Of a DNA stretch of 64,000 nucleotides, positions 11,317-21,601 are shown piece by piece. Within the stretch, counting starts at the first letter, position 1. The number at the start of each line of letters is the position of its first letter. The notes under the pieces are model-generated. The model worked only from the letters and a program-made list of their open reading frames with translations. It was not told where the DNA came from and did no database searches. The stretch covers positions 930,001 through 994,000 of the forward strand of contig CAWJLW010000006.1 of assembly GCA_963843795.1 (NCBI GenBank), read 5' to 3'. Source of the DNA: an uncultured bacterium (GTDB lineage: Bacteria; Armatimonadota; Abditibacteriia; Abditibacteriales; Abditibacteriaceae). The translations under genes and the position numbers were made by a program.

Positions 11317-12867
11317 ATGGCACTTTTCCCCGGTGGCGCGCGGCCACGACCCGCAGGTTCGCCCGTCGCAACGCCCGATAAAAATTTGATTCGGCCCCAT
11401 ACCGATAACGGCTCCAACGGCAACGGCACGGCGACTATTGAACGTCCGGCACCTGATACGCCTCGTGTCATCAAGGCACCCGAACGCAACGAGCCGCCAA
11501 GTGCGCCAGCTCCCACTATCGAGATGGATGGCAGCAGTGGCGAGGAAGAATACGATTTTCTCAAAGCCGAAATGGAAATGCCCGTCGATGCCGACGACGT
11601 GGACTTCGATGATGAACTTTTGCGTTTATCGCACAAAATCCATTCGGTTCTGGTCGATGAGTTGGGCGGGCAGCAATTCAAAAACGACGACCGCGAACGT
11701 TTGCGTCCAGTCGCGCAGCAGGTAATGAACGACGTTCTCAAAGACGAAAAACCTCTCGTGCCGCGCCGCAAAGCGGTTTTGATGGAAGAAGTTTTGAACG
11801 AAGTTTTGGGTTTTGGGCCGATTCAGTATTTGCTGAACGACCCGACGATTTCGGAATTGATGATTAACGCGCCCGACATGATTTTCATCGAGCGCAAAGG
11901 CAAAATTTGCCGCAGTCGCCGCAAGTTCATCGACGAACGCCACGTCATGAACATCGTGGATCGTATCGTGCGACCGCTGGGCAAACAAGCCAACGCGCGC
12001 ACGCCGATGGTCGATGGTCGTTTGCCCGACGGTAGCCGCGTCAATATCATTATTCCGCCCCTAGCGCGTTTCGGGCCGAGCATGAGCATTCGTAAATTCA
12101 AACAGGAAAAGCTCACCGGCGACGATTTGGTGAAGTTCGATTCGATCACCGAAGATATGCGCATGTTCATGGAGGCGTGCGTGAAAGCGCGCATGAACAT
12201 GATTATCGCGGGCGGCACCGGTAGCGGAAAAACCACAACGCTGAACATCGTTTCCAACTTCATTCCCAGCGGCGAGCGCGTCATTACCATCGAAGACGCG
12301 GCGGAATTGCAGGTGCGCTTGCCAAACTTGGTTTCTTTGGAAAGCCGCCCGGCCAACATCGAAGGCGAAGGCGAAGTTTCGATTCGCGACTTGGTGAAAA
12401 ACGCGCTGCGTATGCGTCCCGAACGGATTATCGTCGGCGAATGTCGCGGCGGCGAAACGTTGGATATGTTGCAGGCAATGAACACCGGCCACGATGGAAG
12501 TTTGTCAACGGTTCACTCGAACACGCCGCGCGACACGATTTCGCGTTTGGAAACGCTGTGCATGATGAGCGGCTTGGATTTGCCCGTTCGGGTAATTTCC
12601 AAACAGATCGCGAGCGCAGTGCAGATTATTATTCAGCAGTCGCGCCTAAGCGACGGCAGTCGCAAAATCACCCACATCACCGAAGTGCAGGGCATGGAAG
12701 GCGAAACGCTATTGTTGCAGGATATTTTTATTTTCGATCAGAAAGGACGCGGCTCGGATGGCAAAGTGATCGGACGCCATCGCACAACAGGTTTTCGTCC
12801 CAAGTGTGTGAGCGCAATTGAAGCCATGGGTTACAAACTGCCGCGCGATTTGTTCCAGCCCGATTGA
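11317..12867 (+). CDS. tadA: Tad/Flp pilus assembly ATPase CpaF/TadA
   Basis: DGRLPDGSRVN, GGTGSGKTT, IEDAAEL, ALRMRPERIIVGECRG and AMNTGHDGS. Confidence 0.95.
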   Translation: MALFPGGARPRPAGSPVATPDKNLIRPHTDNGSNGNGTATIERPAPDTPRVIKAPERNEPPSAPAPTIEMDGSSGEEEYDFLKAEMEMPVDADDVDFDDELLRLSHKIHSVLVDELGGQQFKNDDRERLRPVAQQVMNDVLKDEKPLVPRRKAVLMEEVLNEVLGFGPIQYLLNDPTISELMINAPDMIFIERKGKICRSRRKFIDERHVMNIVDRIVRPLGKQANARTPMVDGRLPDGSRVNIIIPPLARFGPSMSIRKFKQEKLTGDDLVKFDSITEDMRMFMEACVKARMNMIIAGGTGSGKTTTLNIVSNFIPSGERVITIEDAAELQVRLPNLVSLESRPANIEGEGEVSIRDLVKNALRMRPERIIVGECRGGETLDMLQAMNTGHDGSLSTVHSNTPRDTISRLETLCMMSGLDLPVRVISKQIASAVQIIIQQSRLSDGSRKITHITEVQGMEGETLLLQDIFIFDQKGRGSDGKVIGRHRTTGFRPKCVSAIEAMGYKLPRDLFQPD

Positions 12868-13029
12868 AGCCGCTTGTCGCCAAAAGGCTTGGCGCAAAGC
12901 TGCCAAATGTGGAAAAACAGGTTTGGTCAGGGGCTGGGCTGTCGCCTGCGGAAAGTTAAATCTGCAAGTACTTGCAGTGGCCAAAAACCGAATTTTGTCA
13001 CCGGAAAGTTGTATTGAGGACGCACTGTT

Positions 13030-13978
13030 ATGGAAATTGCGATGTATGGCGTTGGGGCGCTGGTGGTTCTACAGTTCATAGCCGCCGTCGCTATGCGCAA
13101 GAAAAAACCGGCGAAGGAAGATGAAGCGCTGCACGTTTCGACAGGGCAGCCGCAGCGCTTCGCATTTTTGCAGCGCTTTCTCAAAGGTCGGCGCGGCACT
13201 TCCAAAATTGAACGCGATTTGGTCACGGCGGGCCTGCTGGTCAAGCCGACCGAATTTTTGATGATCAATTTGGTTGTGTTCGTGATTTTTTTCCTCATCG
13301 GAACGGTTTATGCCGGAGGAATGCAGTTGGACAGCAGTTTCGCTTCGGTGGTAAAGCGCACTCTTGCGGTCGCGTTTTTTAGTTGGGTCGGTTTTAAACT
13401 GCCCCGTCTGATTTTGGGTTTCATGGCCGGTTCGAGGCGCACCAAGTTGGAATATCAACTGGTCGATGCTTTGGCCATTATTTCATCGGGTCTCAAAGGC
13501 GGTTACTCGTTTGCGCAGGGTATGGACATGGCTGCTACGCAAATGGACGCGCCTATCAAAGACGAATTTGCACGTGTGATGCGTTTGGTGCAACTTGGCT
13601 TGCCAACCGACCGCGCGTTGCAACAAATGGCCGACCGCATCAATTCCTACGACTACGATATGACGGTTGGCGCAACCAACATTCAGTTGGCTGTCGGCGG
13701 TAACTTGTCGCAACTTTTGGAGGGCATTGCGGCCACAATTCGAGACCGCATTCGACTCAGGCGCGACATTTCGGCTCTCACGGCTCAAGGCCGCATTTCG
13801 GGCGGTATTTTAATCGCCCTGCCCAATCGGCATCGCCTTAATGCTGCGCGTAGTGAACCCGGAATATATGGCTTATCTGACCACGACGCAGCTAGGCAAT
13901 AACTTCCTGTATTTCGCATTAGGCCAACAATTGATCGGTATTTACTGGATCAAAAAACTGCTCGACTTTGACAACTAA
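13030..13978 (+). CDS. tadB: Tad pilus platform protein TadB (T2SS F family); frameshift near 13824
   Basis: T2SSF-type domain (GGNLSQLL...LTAQGRISG). Removing one base near 13824 restores the typical tail LPIGIALMLRVVNPEYMAYL...GIYWIKKLLDFDN* ending at 13978. Confidence 0.88.
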
Positions 13979-14019
13979 TTTCGTACTTAATTCCGCTGTA
14001 AACCGCGACGGAGAATTTT

Positions 14020-15045
14020 ATGTATATCGGCAATCGTTTCATTCCCATGGCCACCATCACCATCATGGCTGTGGTGTGGCTGGGCTTTTTGGTTTGTATC
14101 GGTTTGTTGCTTTCGGCGCGTTTTATGAAAGTCAACTTCCAAAAACGTTTACAGCAAACCTTGTCGCCAAGCGATGAAGAACTCGATGATCTCGTCGACG
14201 AAAGCCACGATGAGGAAATGGGCCAATCGGTGGCAACACGCATTCTTTCGCCCATTTTGAAAAGCCTTGGCGGTCGCATGAACAAGGGTGCGCGCGGCGC
14301 GGGCACCGCACAAATTCGTGATATGCTCGAACAAGCCGGCCATCCGCTGGGTATGTATTACCCAGAATTTATGGGACTGAAAGCGTTTTGTTTTTTGCTT
14401 TTTACCGGTCTTGGCATCGTGACCTCGTTCTTCGCCGTGCCGATTCTATTAAACGTCATGGGCTCACCAGGCGACCCCCAACTGACAATGATGGGCCAGC
14501 TTTTGTGGGTTGTTATCTGGATGTATGCCGGTTTTTCCGGCCCCACTTTCTGGCTGCGCCGCGTGCTCAATCAGCGCATCAAGCAAATTCGGAAATCGAT
14601 GGCCGATGTGGTCGATCTAATCGTCCTCGCCATCGAAGCCGGTCTGGGTTTCGATATGGCAGTGGGCGAAGCAGTAAACAAAACCAAAGGCCCTTTGACC
14701 GATGAACTGCGTCGCGTGCTGGACGAAGTGCGCGTTGGCAAACCGCAAGAAGACGCGTTTCGCGACATGGCCGCGCGCTGCCGTATGCCCGAACTTACGC
14801 TTCTGGTCGCTGCCATTGCGCAAGCAATGCGCATGGGAACGGGCCTTGGCGTCGCACTGCGCTTGCAAGCGACCGAAATTCGTGAACGCCGTATGGCTTT
14901 CATCAAAGAACAAGCGGGCAAACTGCCTGTGAAAATGATGCTGCCACTCGTGCTTTTCATCTTCCCCGCCTTATTCGTCGTTATCTTAGGCCCCGCCGCT
15001 GTGCAAATGAGCGAAATGACCGCGCGCGGCGAACTGAACTTCTAA
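14020..15045 (+). CDS. tadC: Tad pilus platform protein TadC
   Basis: DLIVLAIEAGLGFD and AGKLPVKMMLPLVLFIFPALFVVILGPA. Confidence 0.92.
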   Translation: MYIGNRFIPMATITIMAVVWLGFLVCIGLLLSARFMKVNFQKRLQQTLSPSDEELDDLVDESHDEEMGQSVATRILSPILKSLGGRMNKGARGAGTAQIRDMLEQAGHPLGMYYPEFMGLKAFCFLLFTGLGIVTSFFAVPILLNVMGSPGDPQLTMMGQLLWVVIWMYAGFSGPTFWLRRVLNQRIKQIRKSMADVVDLIVLAIEAGLGFDMAVGEAVNKTKGPLTDELRRVLDEVRVGKPQEDAFRDMAARCRMPELTLLVAAIAQAMRMGTGLGVALRLQATEIRERRMAFIKEQAGKLPVKMMLPLVLFIFPALFVVILGPAAVQMSEMTARGELNF

Positions 15046-15058
15046 CCGTCGATTGTAG

Positions 15059-15104
15059 AAGCACAAAAGCGCGCTGCAAGTACTTGCAGCGCGCTTTTGT
15101 GCTT
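15059..15104. terminator. 46-bp perfect palindrome centred on the motif; bidirectional terminator
   Basis: aagcacaaaagcgcgctGCAAGTACTTGCagcgcgcttttgtgctt between convergent tadC and the GH51 gene. Confidence 0.85.
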
Positions 15105-15115
15105 TAAATTTACGT

Positions 15116-17542
15116 CTATTTGCGCGCTTTGAAACGCACTACGGTGACGGAATAAGCGGGAAATTCGTGGATGAAAGTTGGGCCGACGTTGTTCAGCGTC
15201 ACGCTTTGCGGCGCGACTTTGAACGGATTTTCGATGGAGTTCTGGTCAGTTGGCAAACCGGTCAGAACTTGCGCGATGGCGGTTTTGCCAATGCCTTGCG
15301 CGCCATCGAGATTGATTTTCATTGCCTGTGCATTAGGCGAGAAATTCACGGCTTTGAGAATGATGTCGCCGTTTTTCGTGTCGCGGCTCGCGGTGCTGTA
15401 AAACGCCATCGAAGGCGTATCGGTCGCTTCGTTAACCAGTTTGCCATCGGCGAAGGTGCGAATCTGCGCGCCGCGCACTTCAACTTTCAAGTCGTACCAG
15501 CGATTGGGTTCAATCGTCAGCGTGGAATTGGTACCCAGTTCGCCGCCATCGCCGGTCGGACGTTGAATGCGGCTGCGCGAATTCTGCCAGCCGCCGACAT
15601 TCCACCACAGATAATTGTCGTTGTTGCGCACGCGGAACGGAATGATAAAGCCTTCCGCGCCGCCAGTTTTGCGCGCGCGCACTGTCAAATCGTAGTCGGT
15701 CCAGTTGGCATCGCCAACGAACGAAAGCGCTGGCTGCGCGCCCGAACTTTGTGTGTAAACGCCATTTTGCGCTTTCCATGAACCGTCGCGATTGGTGAAA
15801 TTGGGTGCGCCATCCGCAAAATTCTGGCTGTAAAGAACCTTGCCGTCGGGCGCGGTCACTTTCAAATCGTCGAATTCAGCCTGTGTGTTCCAGGTTCCCA
15901 CGCCCACGCGACCATTGAAAGCGCCGCCAGTAACAGCACTGGCCGCGATTTGCGTTGGCAAAACTACATCACCTGTGTTCTGGCCAAACATGGTTTGCAC
16001 GTAATAAGCGGGCGAGCCAAACGAATTCAAAGCGTCGTAGCCGATTAAGTTGGTGCTCCACTGCCATGCCGTCGGGTTCACGTTGGTCAACAGCGGCGCG
16101 TAGGCTTCCATAATGACATGGTCGGAGTTGCGCTCCAGCCCCGCGAGCCACGCAGCATCGCCCAATGCGGCCTGCATGTTGGGCGTCGGCTCGCCTTCTT
16201 TGGAAGCCCATTCACCGACGAAAATCTTCGGAGCGTTGCGGTCGGCAGTTGCATAATGATCGTGGTCGGCGGCCATCGCGCGTCCGGTGCGATAATAATG
16301 GTCGTCGATAATATCTGGCTTGCGGCTGCTCACATCGCCGCGCGTGGCGATGATTTGAATGTCTGGATGTTTAGCTTTAATTGCGTCGTAGAACTTGGCG
16401 AAGCGCGAGTTGTAAGTGGACAACGGATCGAAAAAATCTTCGTTGCCGATCTCGACAAAGCGCAGCGGAAACGGTTTGGGATGGCCGTGCGCCGCCCGCA
16501 AGGCGCCCCATTTTGTGTCGACACTACCCGAAACGTATTCGATTTCGTCCAGTGCATCTTGAATTAAGGGCGCGACATCGCCATCGGCGGGCAGCCACGG
16601 ACGGCCATCGGTCACGCCCAGAACCGGCTCCATGCCCAAATCTTCGCACCAATACAAAAATTCCAAAATACCCAAACCGTAGCTCGAACGATATCCCCAC
16701 GCGCCCGGCCCATCGGGGCGCTGATCAACAGGCCCGATGGTTTGCTTCCATTCGTAATGACCGGGATCGAGATAGTTACCGCCGGGAAAGCGCAGGAATT
16801 TCGGCTTCATGGCCGCCATTTTCTCCATCAAATCAATGCGCAAACCATTGGGCCGATTTTTATACGTCGGTGGAAAAAGCGAAACCTGTGTCAGCCAAAT
16901 CGTGCCGGTTCCATTCGCCTTAATCGTCAAACTATTGCTCATCGATGGCACGATGTTGCCGGTTTTGAGCGTGCCCGAATATTTTTTCCACTGGTTCGTG
17001 AGCGCGGGCACGCGGGTTTGCGCGAAAACTTTCTTATCGACGTTGCTTTCGATGCCGACTTGCAGCGAGCCTTTGAAATTACTATCGGCTTTGGCGTAAA
17101 ACGAAATTTGATAAGTCGTGTTCGGCGTGGCCGGAATGCCCCAGAAACCATCGTTGGCCACACCTTCGCCGGCTTTGCTGATGTTCACTTGCAAACTTTT
17201 ACTCAGCGCCGTGTTGGGTACCGGCTGCGAGCCGTCAATTTGCATCGTGGCAGCCAGCGGATCGGTCAGCGACCAACTCGTTGGCGTGGCGTTGTTTTTG
17301 AAAGCACGATTTTCAATGAGTTCAGCATATAAGCCGCCATCGAATGCGTGGTTGATTTCTTCGGTCATCAAGCCATAAAAAATCGGGCTGATTTTCACAC
17401 CCGGCTTATCGACGCCAATCGTCAATTGCCCCGTCGGTGCGGTTTGTGCGCGAACTGCTGTCAACGGCGCAACACCAGCAAACAGCGCAGCAGCGACCGT
17501 CGCGTGGCGAAGATAAAATTTGTGTGAGTTGCGTTTACTCAT
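15116..17542 (-). CDS. GH51 alpha-L-arabinofuranosidase, secreted
   Basis: Signal peptide; EEINHAFDGGLYAELIENRAF, FLRFPGGN, VEIGNED, VGEWAS and GLERNSD...YAPLL. Confidence 0.93.
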   Translation of the reverse strand: MSKRNSHKFYLRHATVAAALFAGVAPLTAVRAQTAPTGQLTIGVDKPGVKISPIFYGLMTEEINHAFDGGLYAELIENRAFKNNATPTSWSLTDPLAATMQIDGSQPVPNTALSKSLQVNISKAGEGVANDGFWGIPATPNTTYQISFYAKADSNFKGSLQVGIESNVDKKVFAQTRVPALTNQWKKYSGTLKTGNIVPSMSNSLTIKANGTGTIWLTQVSLFPPTYKNRPNGLRIDLMEKMAAMKPKFLRFPGGNYLDPGHYEWKQTIGPVDQRPDGPGAWGYRSSYGLGILEFLYWCEDLGMEPVLGVTDGRPWLPADGDVAPLIQDALDEIEYVSGSVDTKWGALRAAHGHPKPFPLRFVEIGNEDFFDPLSTYNSRFAKFYDAIKAKHPDIQIIATRGDVSSRKPDIIDDHYYRTGRAMAADHDHYATADRNAPKIFVGEWASKEGEPTPNMQAALGDAAWLAGLERNSDHVIMEAYAPLLTNVNPTAWQWSTNLIGYDALNSFGSPAYYVQTMFGQNTGDVVLPTQIAASAVTGGAFNGRVGVGTWNTQAEFDDLKVTAPDGKVLYSQNFADGAPNFTNRDGSWKAQNGVYTQSSGAQPALSFVGDANWTDYDLTVRARKTGGAEGFIIPFRVRNNDNYLWWNVGGWQNSRSRIQRPTGDGGELGTNSTLTIEPNRWYDLKVEVRGAQIRTFADGKLVNEATDTPSMAFYSTASRDTKNGDIILKAVNFSPNAQAMKINLDGAQGIGKTAIAQVLTGLPTDQNSIENPFKVAPQSVTLNNVGPTFIHEFPAYSVTVVRFKARK

Positions 17543-17716
17543 TTATTCTCCAAGTTATTAGAATGTGCCCTGCAAGTACTTGCCGCGTAAAACTTAACCC
17601 GAACGCGACAAAATATGACGTTACGCGCGCGATGTGCGGTGGAAACAATTGATAAAACAGAGCCGGTTAGATATTTTATCTTAAGCTGGTGCTAATATCT
17701 GGAAAATCGTATTAGC

Positions 17717-17764
17717 TGTGACGAAAAGTGCGCTGCAAGTACTTGCAGCGCACTTTTCGTCACA
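17717..17764. terminator. 48-bp perfect palindrome centred on the motif
   Basis: tgtgacgaaaagtgcgctGCAAGTACTTGCagcgcacttttcgtcaca, just downstream of the minus-strand gene ending at 17786. Confidence 0.75.
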
Positions 17765-17785
17765 ATTTTTGGATGTTGCGCTTTC

Positions 17786-18991
17786 TCATCCTAAAGCCGG
17801 TACCGCTTTCAAATAATTTATCGCGGCATCGCGAAATTCCGCTTCATTTGGCGCGCGTTTTTCGCGTGTTTTAAAATCGGCAACAAAAGTTTTGGCCCAG
17901 CGAAAATAATTCTCGTGCAGCGCGTAAACAGGTTGCTTGACGCCATTTTCGTCGATTAAACCCCAGCCGCGATAACCTTTCTCGTCGTGTTCATTGTCAT
18001 ACATTTCCCACCATAACACGAACGGGCAGCCCCAATTGATCGCTGCAATCATGGTTTCCAGCGTGCGCTTTTGCTGCGCGCGCGCAGCGTAATTTCGCGA
18101 AGGATAACCGTATTCGCCGACGAAAACGCGCTTGCCTTTGAGTTCGGGTTTGGGCGGCAAATGCGCTTCGATAAAATTGAGCGCTTTGGGCAAAAGTTCG
18201 GCGCTATTTTCGGGATTGGTGCTGTCATAAGACGAATAGGAAACGAAATCGACGTTGGATTTTGGCAGCACGTCATTTACCAGCGCATGCTCGCCTTTAA
18301 GGGCCTTTTGTACCAGATTGACTTCGGTGTATTGATAAACGTTTACCTTTTGATGTGGTGTGTCGCGTTTGGCCTGTTCGATAGCTTTTTGGCGCGTTTG
18401 TAGCCAGCGAATCATGCCACCGATGGTTTCTGGCGAGGGCGTTTTGCTGGCGTCGTAATTCGGATGCAAATACCAATCGCCTTCCCAGTGGCCCAGATAA
18501 AAAGTTTTGCCGCTGCCGTTGTAAGTGCGTAGCAAATGCGCGGTAAAATCGTAAATTTCACGATACTCTTTGTCCGCTTCGCTATCGGGAAAACCTTTGT
18601 CCCACCACGCGGAGGTGAATGCATAAGTCCAAATCAGATAGTTCGCGAAAGGCATTTCAAAGACGCGCTGCATGGATGGCTCGCCCGCCAATTCGCTGAG
18701 ATTATGAATTTCGGGTGGCGCGGTTTTGGGCGCATTGAGATTACGCAGTTCGTTCAGCGATTTCGGCCCCATCATAAATTTGAGCGTGTTCGATCCTAAA
18801 TCCTGAATTGCAGTCGCGGTTTCCAGTAGCGGGCTTTGAACGCCAAACTGGTAGCGCACACCGAACGTTTGCGTGCCCAGAATTGGGTTGAAATTATCAA
18901 GTTCGGCAGTTTCCTGCGCGTGCGCGCTGCCACAAATCGCCAGGAAAATGGTCAGCAGCAATCGGGTGCACCAAAACGAAAATGTTTTCAT
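17786..18991 (-). CDS. Secreted hypothetical protein, possibly a TIM-barrel (clan GH-A-like) glycoside hydrolase
   Basis: Signal peptide (AHA-Q); GHWEGDW, DFVSYSSY, VFVGEYG and LWWEMYDNE pattern. The family assignment is inference. Confidence 0.65.
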   Translation of the reverse strand: MKTFSFWCTRLLLTIFLAICGSAHAQETAELDNFNPILGTQTFGVRYQFGVQSPLLETATAIQDLGSNTLKFMMGPKSLNELRNLNAPKTAPPEIHNLSELAGEPSMQRVFEMPFANYLIWTYAFTSAWWDKGFPDSEADKEYREIYDFTAHLLRTYNGSGKTFYLGHWEGDWYLHPNYDASKTPSPETIGGMIRWLQTRQKAIEQAKRDTPHQKVNVYQYTEVNLVQKALKGEHALVNDVLPKSNVDFVSYSSYDSTNPENSAELLPKALNFIEAHLPPKPELKGKRVFVGEYGYPSRNYAARAQQKRTLETMIAAINWGCPFVLWWEMYDNEHDEKGYRGWGLIDENGVKQPVYALHENYFRWAKTFVADFKTREKRAPNEAEFRDAAINYLKAVPALG

Positions 18992-19043
18992 AAAAATGCT
19001 TGGCAAGTACTTCAGTACTGCAGTTGAATTTCCCCAAATAGCT

Positions 19044-20399
19044 ATGAGATTCGCGAAATTGATTCGATGCGCTTCGATGTTTATCTGCACATTTTTGATC
19101 GGGTGGAGTATGGCGCTCGCCGCGCCCGACTCGCCAGATGCTGGCCTCAGTTTTCTGGATAACGGCAGATTGAAAATCGGTGTCGATTTGCAGTTGGGCG
19201 GTGCGATTACTTACCTATCGAAAAGCGACAGCGAGAAAAATCTAGTCAATTCTGCCGATTGGGGCCGACAAATTCAAATGTCGCATTATTCCGGTCCGGT
19301 TCCGTTCGCGCCCGCAGGCAAAATGCCAAAGCCGGAATGGGCGAGTTTGGGCTGGAATCCGATTCAGTCGGGCGATGCATTTGGCAACCGTTCGCGAGTG
19401 CTAGACCACAGCAACGACGGCAAAATTCTTTATACCAAATGCGTACCGATGCAGTGGCCTTTGGACAACGTGCCTGGCGATTGTACCTTTGAAACATGGA
19501 TTTCGCTAGATGAAAATGTGGTGAATGTGCGCTCTCGCTTGAATAATAAGCGCGCAGATAAAACTCAGTATCCGGCGCGCGCTCAGGAACTGCCCGCGGT
19601 TTACACCAACGGCGAATGGTATCGTTTGGTGAGTTACATCGGCGACAAGCCATTTACGAATGATGCGCTTACCGATTTGCCGGTCGTGTTTCCGTGGACG
19701 GGCTGGCAAGCGACCGAGAATTGGACGGCTCTGGTTGATAAAACTGGCTTTGGATTGGGCGTGATTTCGCCGAACAATCCAACGACGATTGGCGGTTTCG
19801 CAGGCACGCCGGGCGCGGGCGGCGCGAAAGATTTCGCGACCGGTTATATCGCGCCTTTGCATCAGGAAGTTCTCGATCACGATATTGAATACGAATATCG
19901 TTATCATCTGGTGGTCGGCTCACTGGAAGAAATTCGCCGTCGCGCAGCGACTTTGACCTCGAAACCTGCGCCGCCTCACTATCGTTTCGCGCACGACCGT
20001 CAGCACTGGAGTTATGCCAACGCCGTCGATGGCGGTTGGCCGATTGCGGGCGAATTGAAGGTGAATTTGGAACAAAACGATCCACAACTAATCGGGCCGG
20101 ATAGCTTTTGGCGCGCCAGTGAAGCGCCGAAATTGTATTTGGAAGCGGCATTCCACAGCGGTGAAAACACGGCGCGCATTTTGTGGAAACGCCACGACAC
20201 GCACAATTTTTCTGATGAGCGCAGCTTAAGTTTCGCGGTCGTGCCCGACGGGCAAATGCGGGTTTACGAAGTTGATTTATCAAAGTCGAGCGAATATCGC
20301 GGCGCGATTACCGGTTTGCGCTTTGATCCTTTAGATAGTGGGCGCGCGGGCGATTGGCTGCGCGTGAAAAGTATCGGTTTTGTAAAGCCGAAACAGTGA
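19044..20399 (+). CDS. Secreted hypothetical protein, likely carbohydrate-active beta-sandwich
   Basis: Signal peptide; aromatic- and Gly-rich; C-terminal ITGLRFDP domain; flanked by glycosidase genes. Confidence 0.65.
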   Translation: MRFAKLIRCASMFICTFLIGWSMALAAPDSPDAGLSFLDNGRLKIGVDLQLGGAITYLSKSDSEKNLVNSADWGRQIQMSHYSGPVPFAPAGKMPKPEWASLGWNPIQSGDAFGNRSRVLDHSNDGKILYTKCVPMQWPLDNVPGDCTFETWISLDENVVNVRSRLNNKRADKTQYPARAQELPAVYTNGEWYRLVSYIGDKPFTNDALTDLPVVFPWTGWQATENWTALVDKTGFGLGVISPNNPTTIGGFAGTPGAGGAKDFATGYIAPLHQEVLDHDIEYEYRYHLVVGSLEEIRRRAATLTSKPAPPHYRFAHDRQHWSYANAVDGGWPIAGELKVNLEQNDPQLIGPDSFWRASEAPKLYLEAAFHSGENTARILWKRHDTHNFSDERSLSFAVVPDGQMRVYEVDLSKSSEYRGAITGLRFDPLDSGRAGDWLRVKSIGFVKPKQ

Positions 20400-20403
20400 A
20401 TGC

Positions 20404-20437
20404 AAAAGCGCGCTGCAAGTACTTGCAGCGCGCTTTT
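20404..20437. terminator. 34-bp perfect palindrome centred on the motif; bidirectional terminator
   Basis: aaaagcgcgctGCAAGTACTTGCagcgcgctttt between convergent genes. Confidence 0.85.
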
Positions 20438-20454
20438 TGATAATGGTCGCAGCT

Positions 20455-21240
20455 TTATTTAACTGCGTTGGTTTTGGCTTCGGTTTCGGGCGGCAATTCG
20501 CGGATACGCAGGTTGCGCCAGCGAATTTGCATCGGTTCTTTTTTATCGCCCACGGCGTGAACTTGCAATGCGATAAATCCTTTGAGCGTCATGCCGTCGT
20601 GCAAATCGGCGGCGGGAACGCCGTTGAGCCAAGTTTGAATATGGTCGCCGTGCGTTTCAACGCGACCCTTGTTCCACTCGTTTTGCACGAAAGTGTTTCG
20701 CGCCTGAAACGCTTTTTGGGCTTCGGTCTGATTGGCAGGAGGGAACAGCCAGCCTCGCCGACCTTCGTCGTAAACACCCGCCGACCATTTGCGATCCGAT
20801 GGGTCGATTTCAAATTGATAGCCGTGTACGCGCTTGACTGGAGCCTTGGTGATTTTGCCCTCGTATTCGTAATCGTGCGGCTGGTCGAACCATTGCGAGC
20901 GAAACTGCACACCAGAATTCATTTTAGGATCAACTTTGAACTCGAATTCAAATTCAAAATCGCCATATTCTTTGTCGGTGCACAAAAACGAATTGGACGT
21001 GTTGGGCACCGTTGTGCCAACAATTGTGCCGTCTTCTATTGTATAAATCGCTTTCCCGTCGTGCTGTGTCCAGCCATCGAGATTTTTGCCATTGAATAAA
21101 TCGACCCAACCTGCTTTATCGTCGGCTTTGGCTGTGGTCGCAGTTTCGCCTTCATGATGATCGGCAAAAGCGGCGGGCGCAAAATGAAAAGGAACGGCGA
21201 ATGTCAATAGCAGTGCGCTTAAATAAGTTTTCCGTTGCAT
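20455..21240 (-). CDS. DUF1080 / 3-keto-disaccharide hydrolase family protein
   Basis: LFNGKNLDGW, YGDFEFEFEF, NSGVQFR, EWN and GFIALQVH...WRNLRIREL. Confidence 0.92.
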   Translation of the reverse strand: MQRKTYLSALLLTFAVPFHFAPAAFADHHEGETATTAKADDKAGWVDLFNGKNLDGWTQHDGKAIYTIEDGTIVGTTVPNTSNSFLCTDKEYGDFEFEFEFKVDPKMNSGVQFRSQWFDQPHDYEYEGKITKAPVKRVHGYQFEIDPSDRKWSAGVYDEGRRGWLFPPANQTEAQKAFQARNTFVQNEWNKGRVETHGDHIQTWLNGVPAADLHDGMTLKGFIALQVHAVGDKKEPMQIRWRNLRIRELPPETEAKTNAVK

Positions 21241-21601
21241 AAATCCTGACTCCTGAAATTGGCACCTGCAAGTACTTGCGGCCAGACTTGCGGGCATTTT
21301 GTGGTTAAGTGTTGACGAGTTCTTAGCGTGGCTCTGTCTTTCTTATCACTTTTTGATCGCTGTTACGACAGCCTCGCCCTACAATAGTAGCACGTAGCAA
21401 GTACCTGCAACGCTACTCTCAAGGCACGCGCGCGAGCGGTGCAGACGCGTTATCGTTCGAGCAACGTTGCAAAACGACGGGTGCCATTGCGATAAGCCAC
21501 AGCAAAAATAGCCACCATTCGCTGCGCTTGCGTTTGGTGACGCGCCGCATTTTCGGTTTTTCAGGATTTTTACGTTCGGGCGGCAACATAAATCACAGTA
21601 T

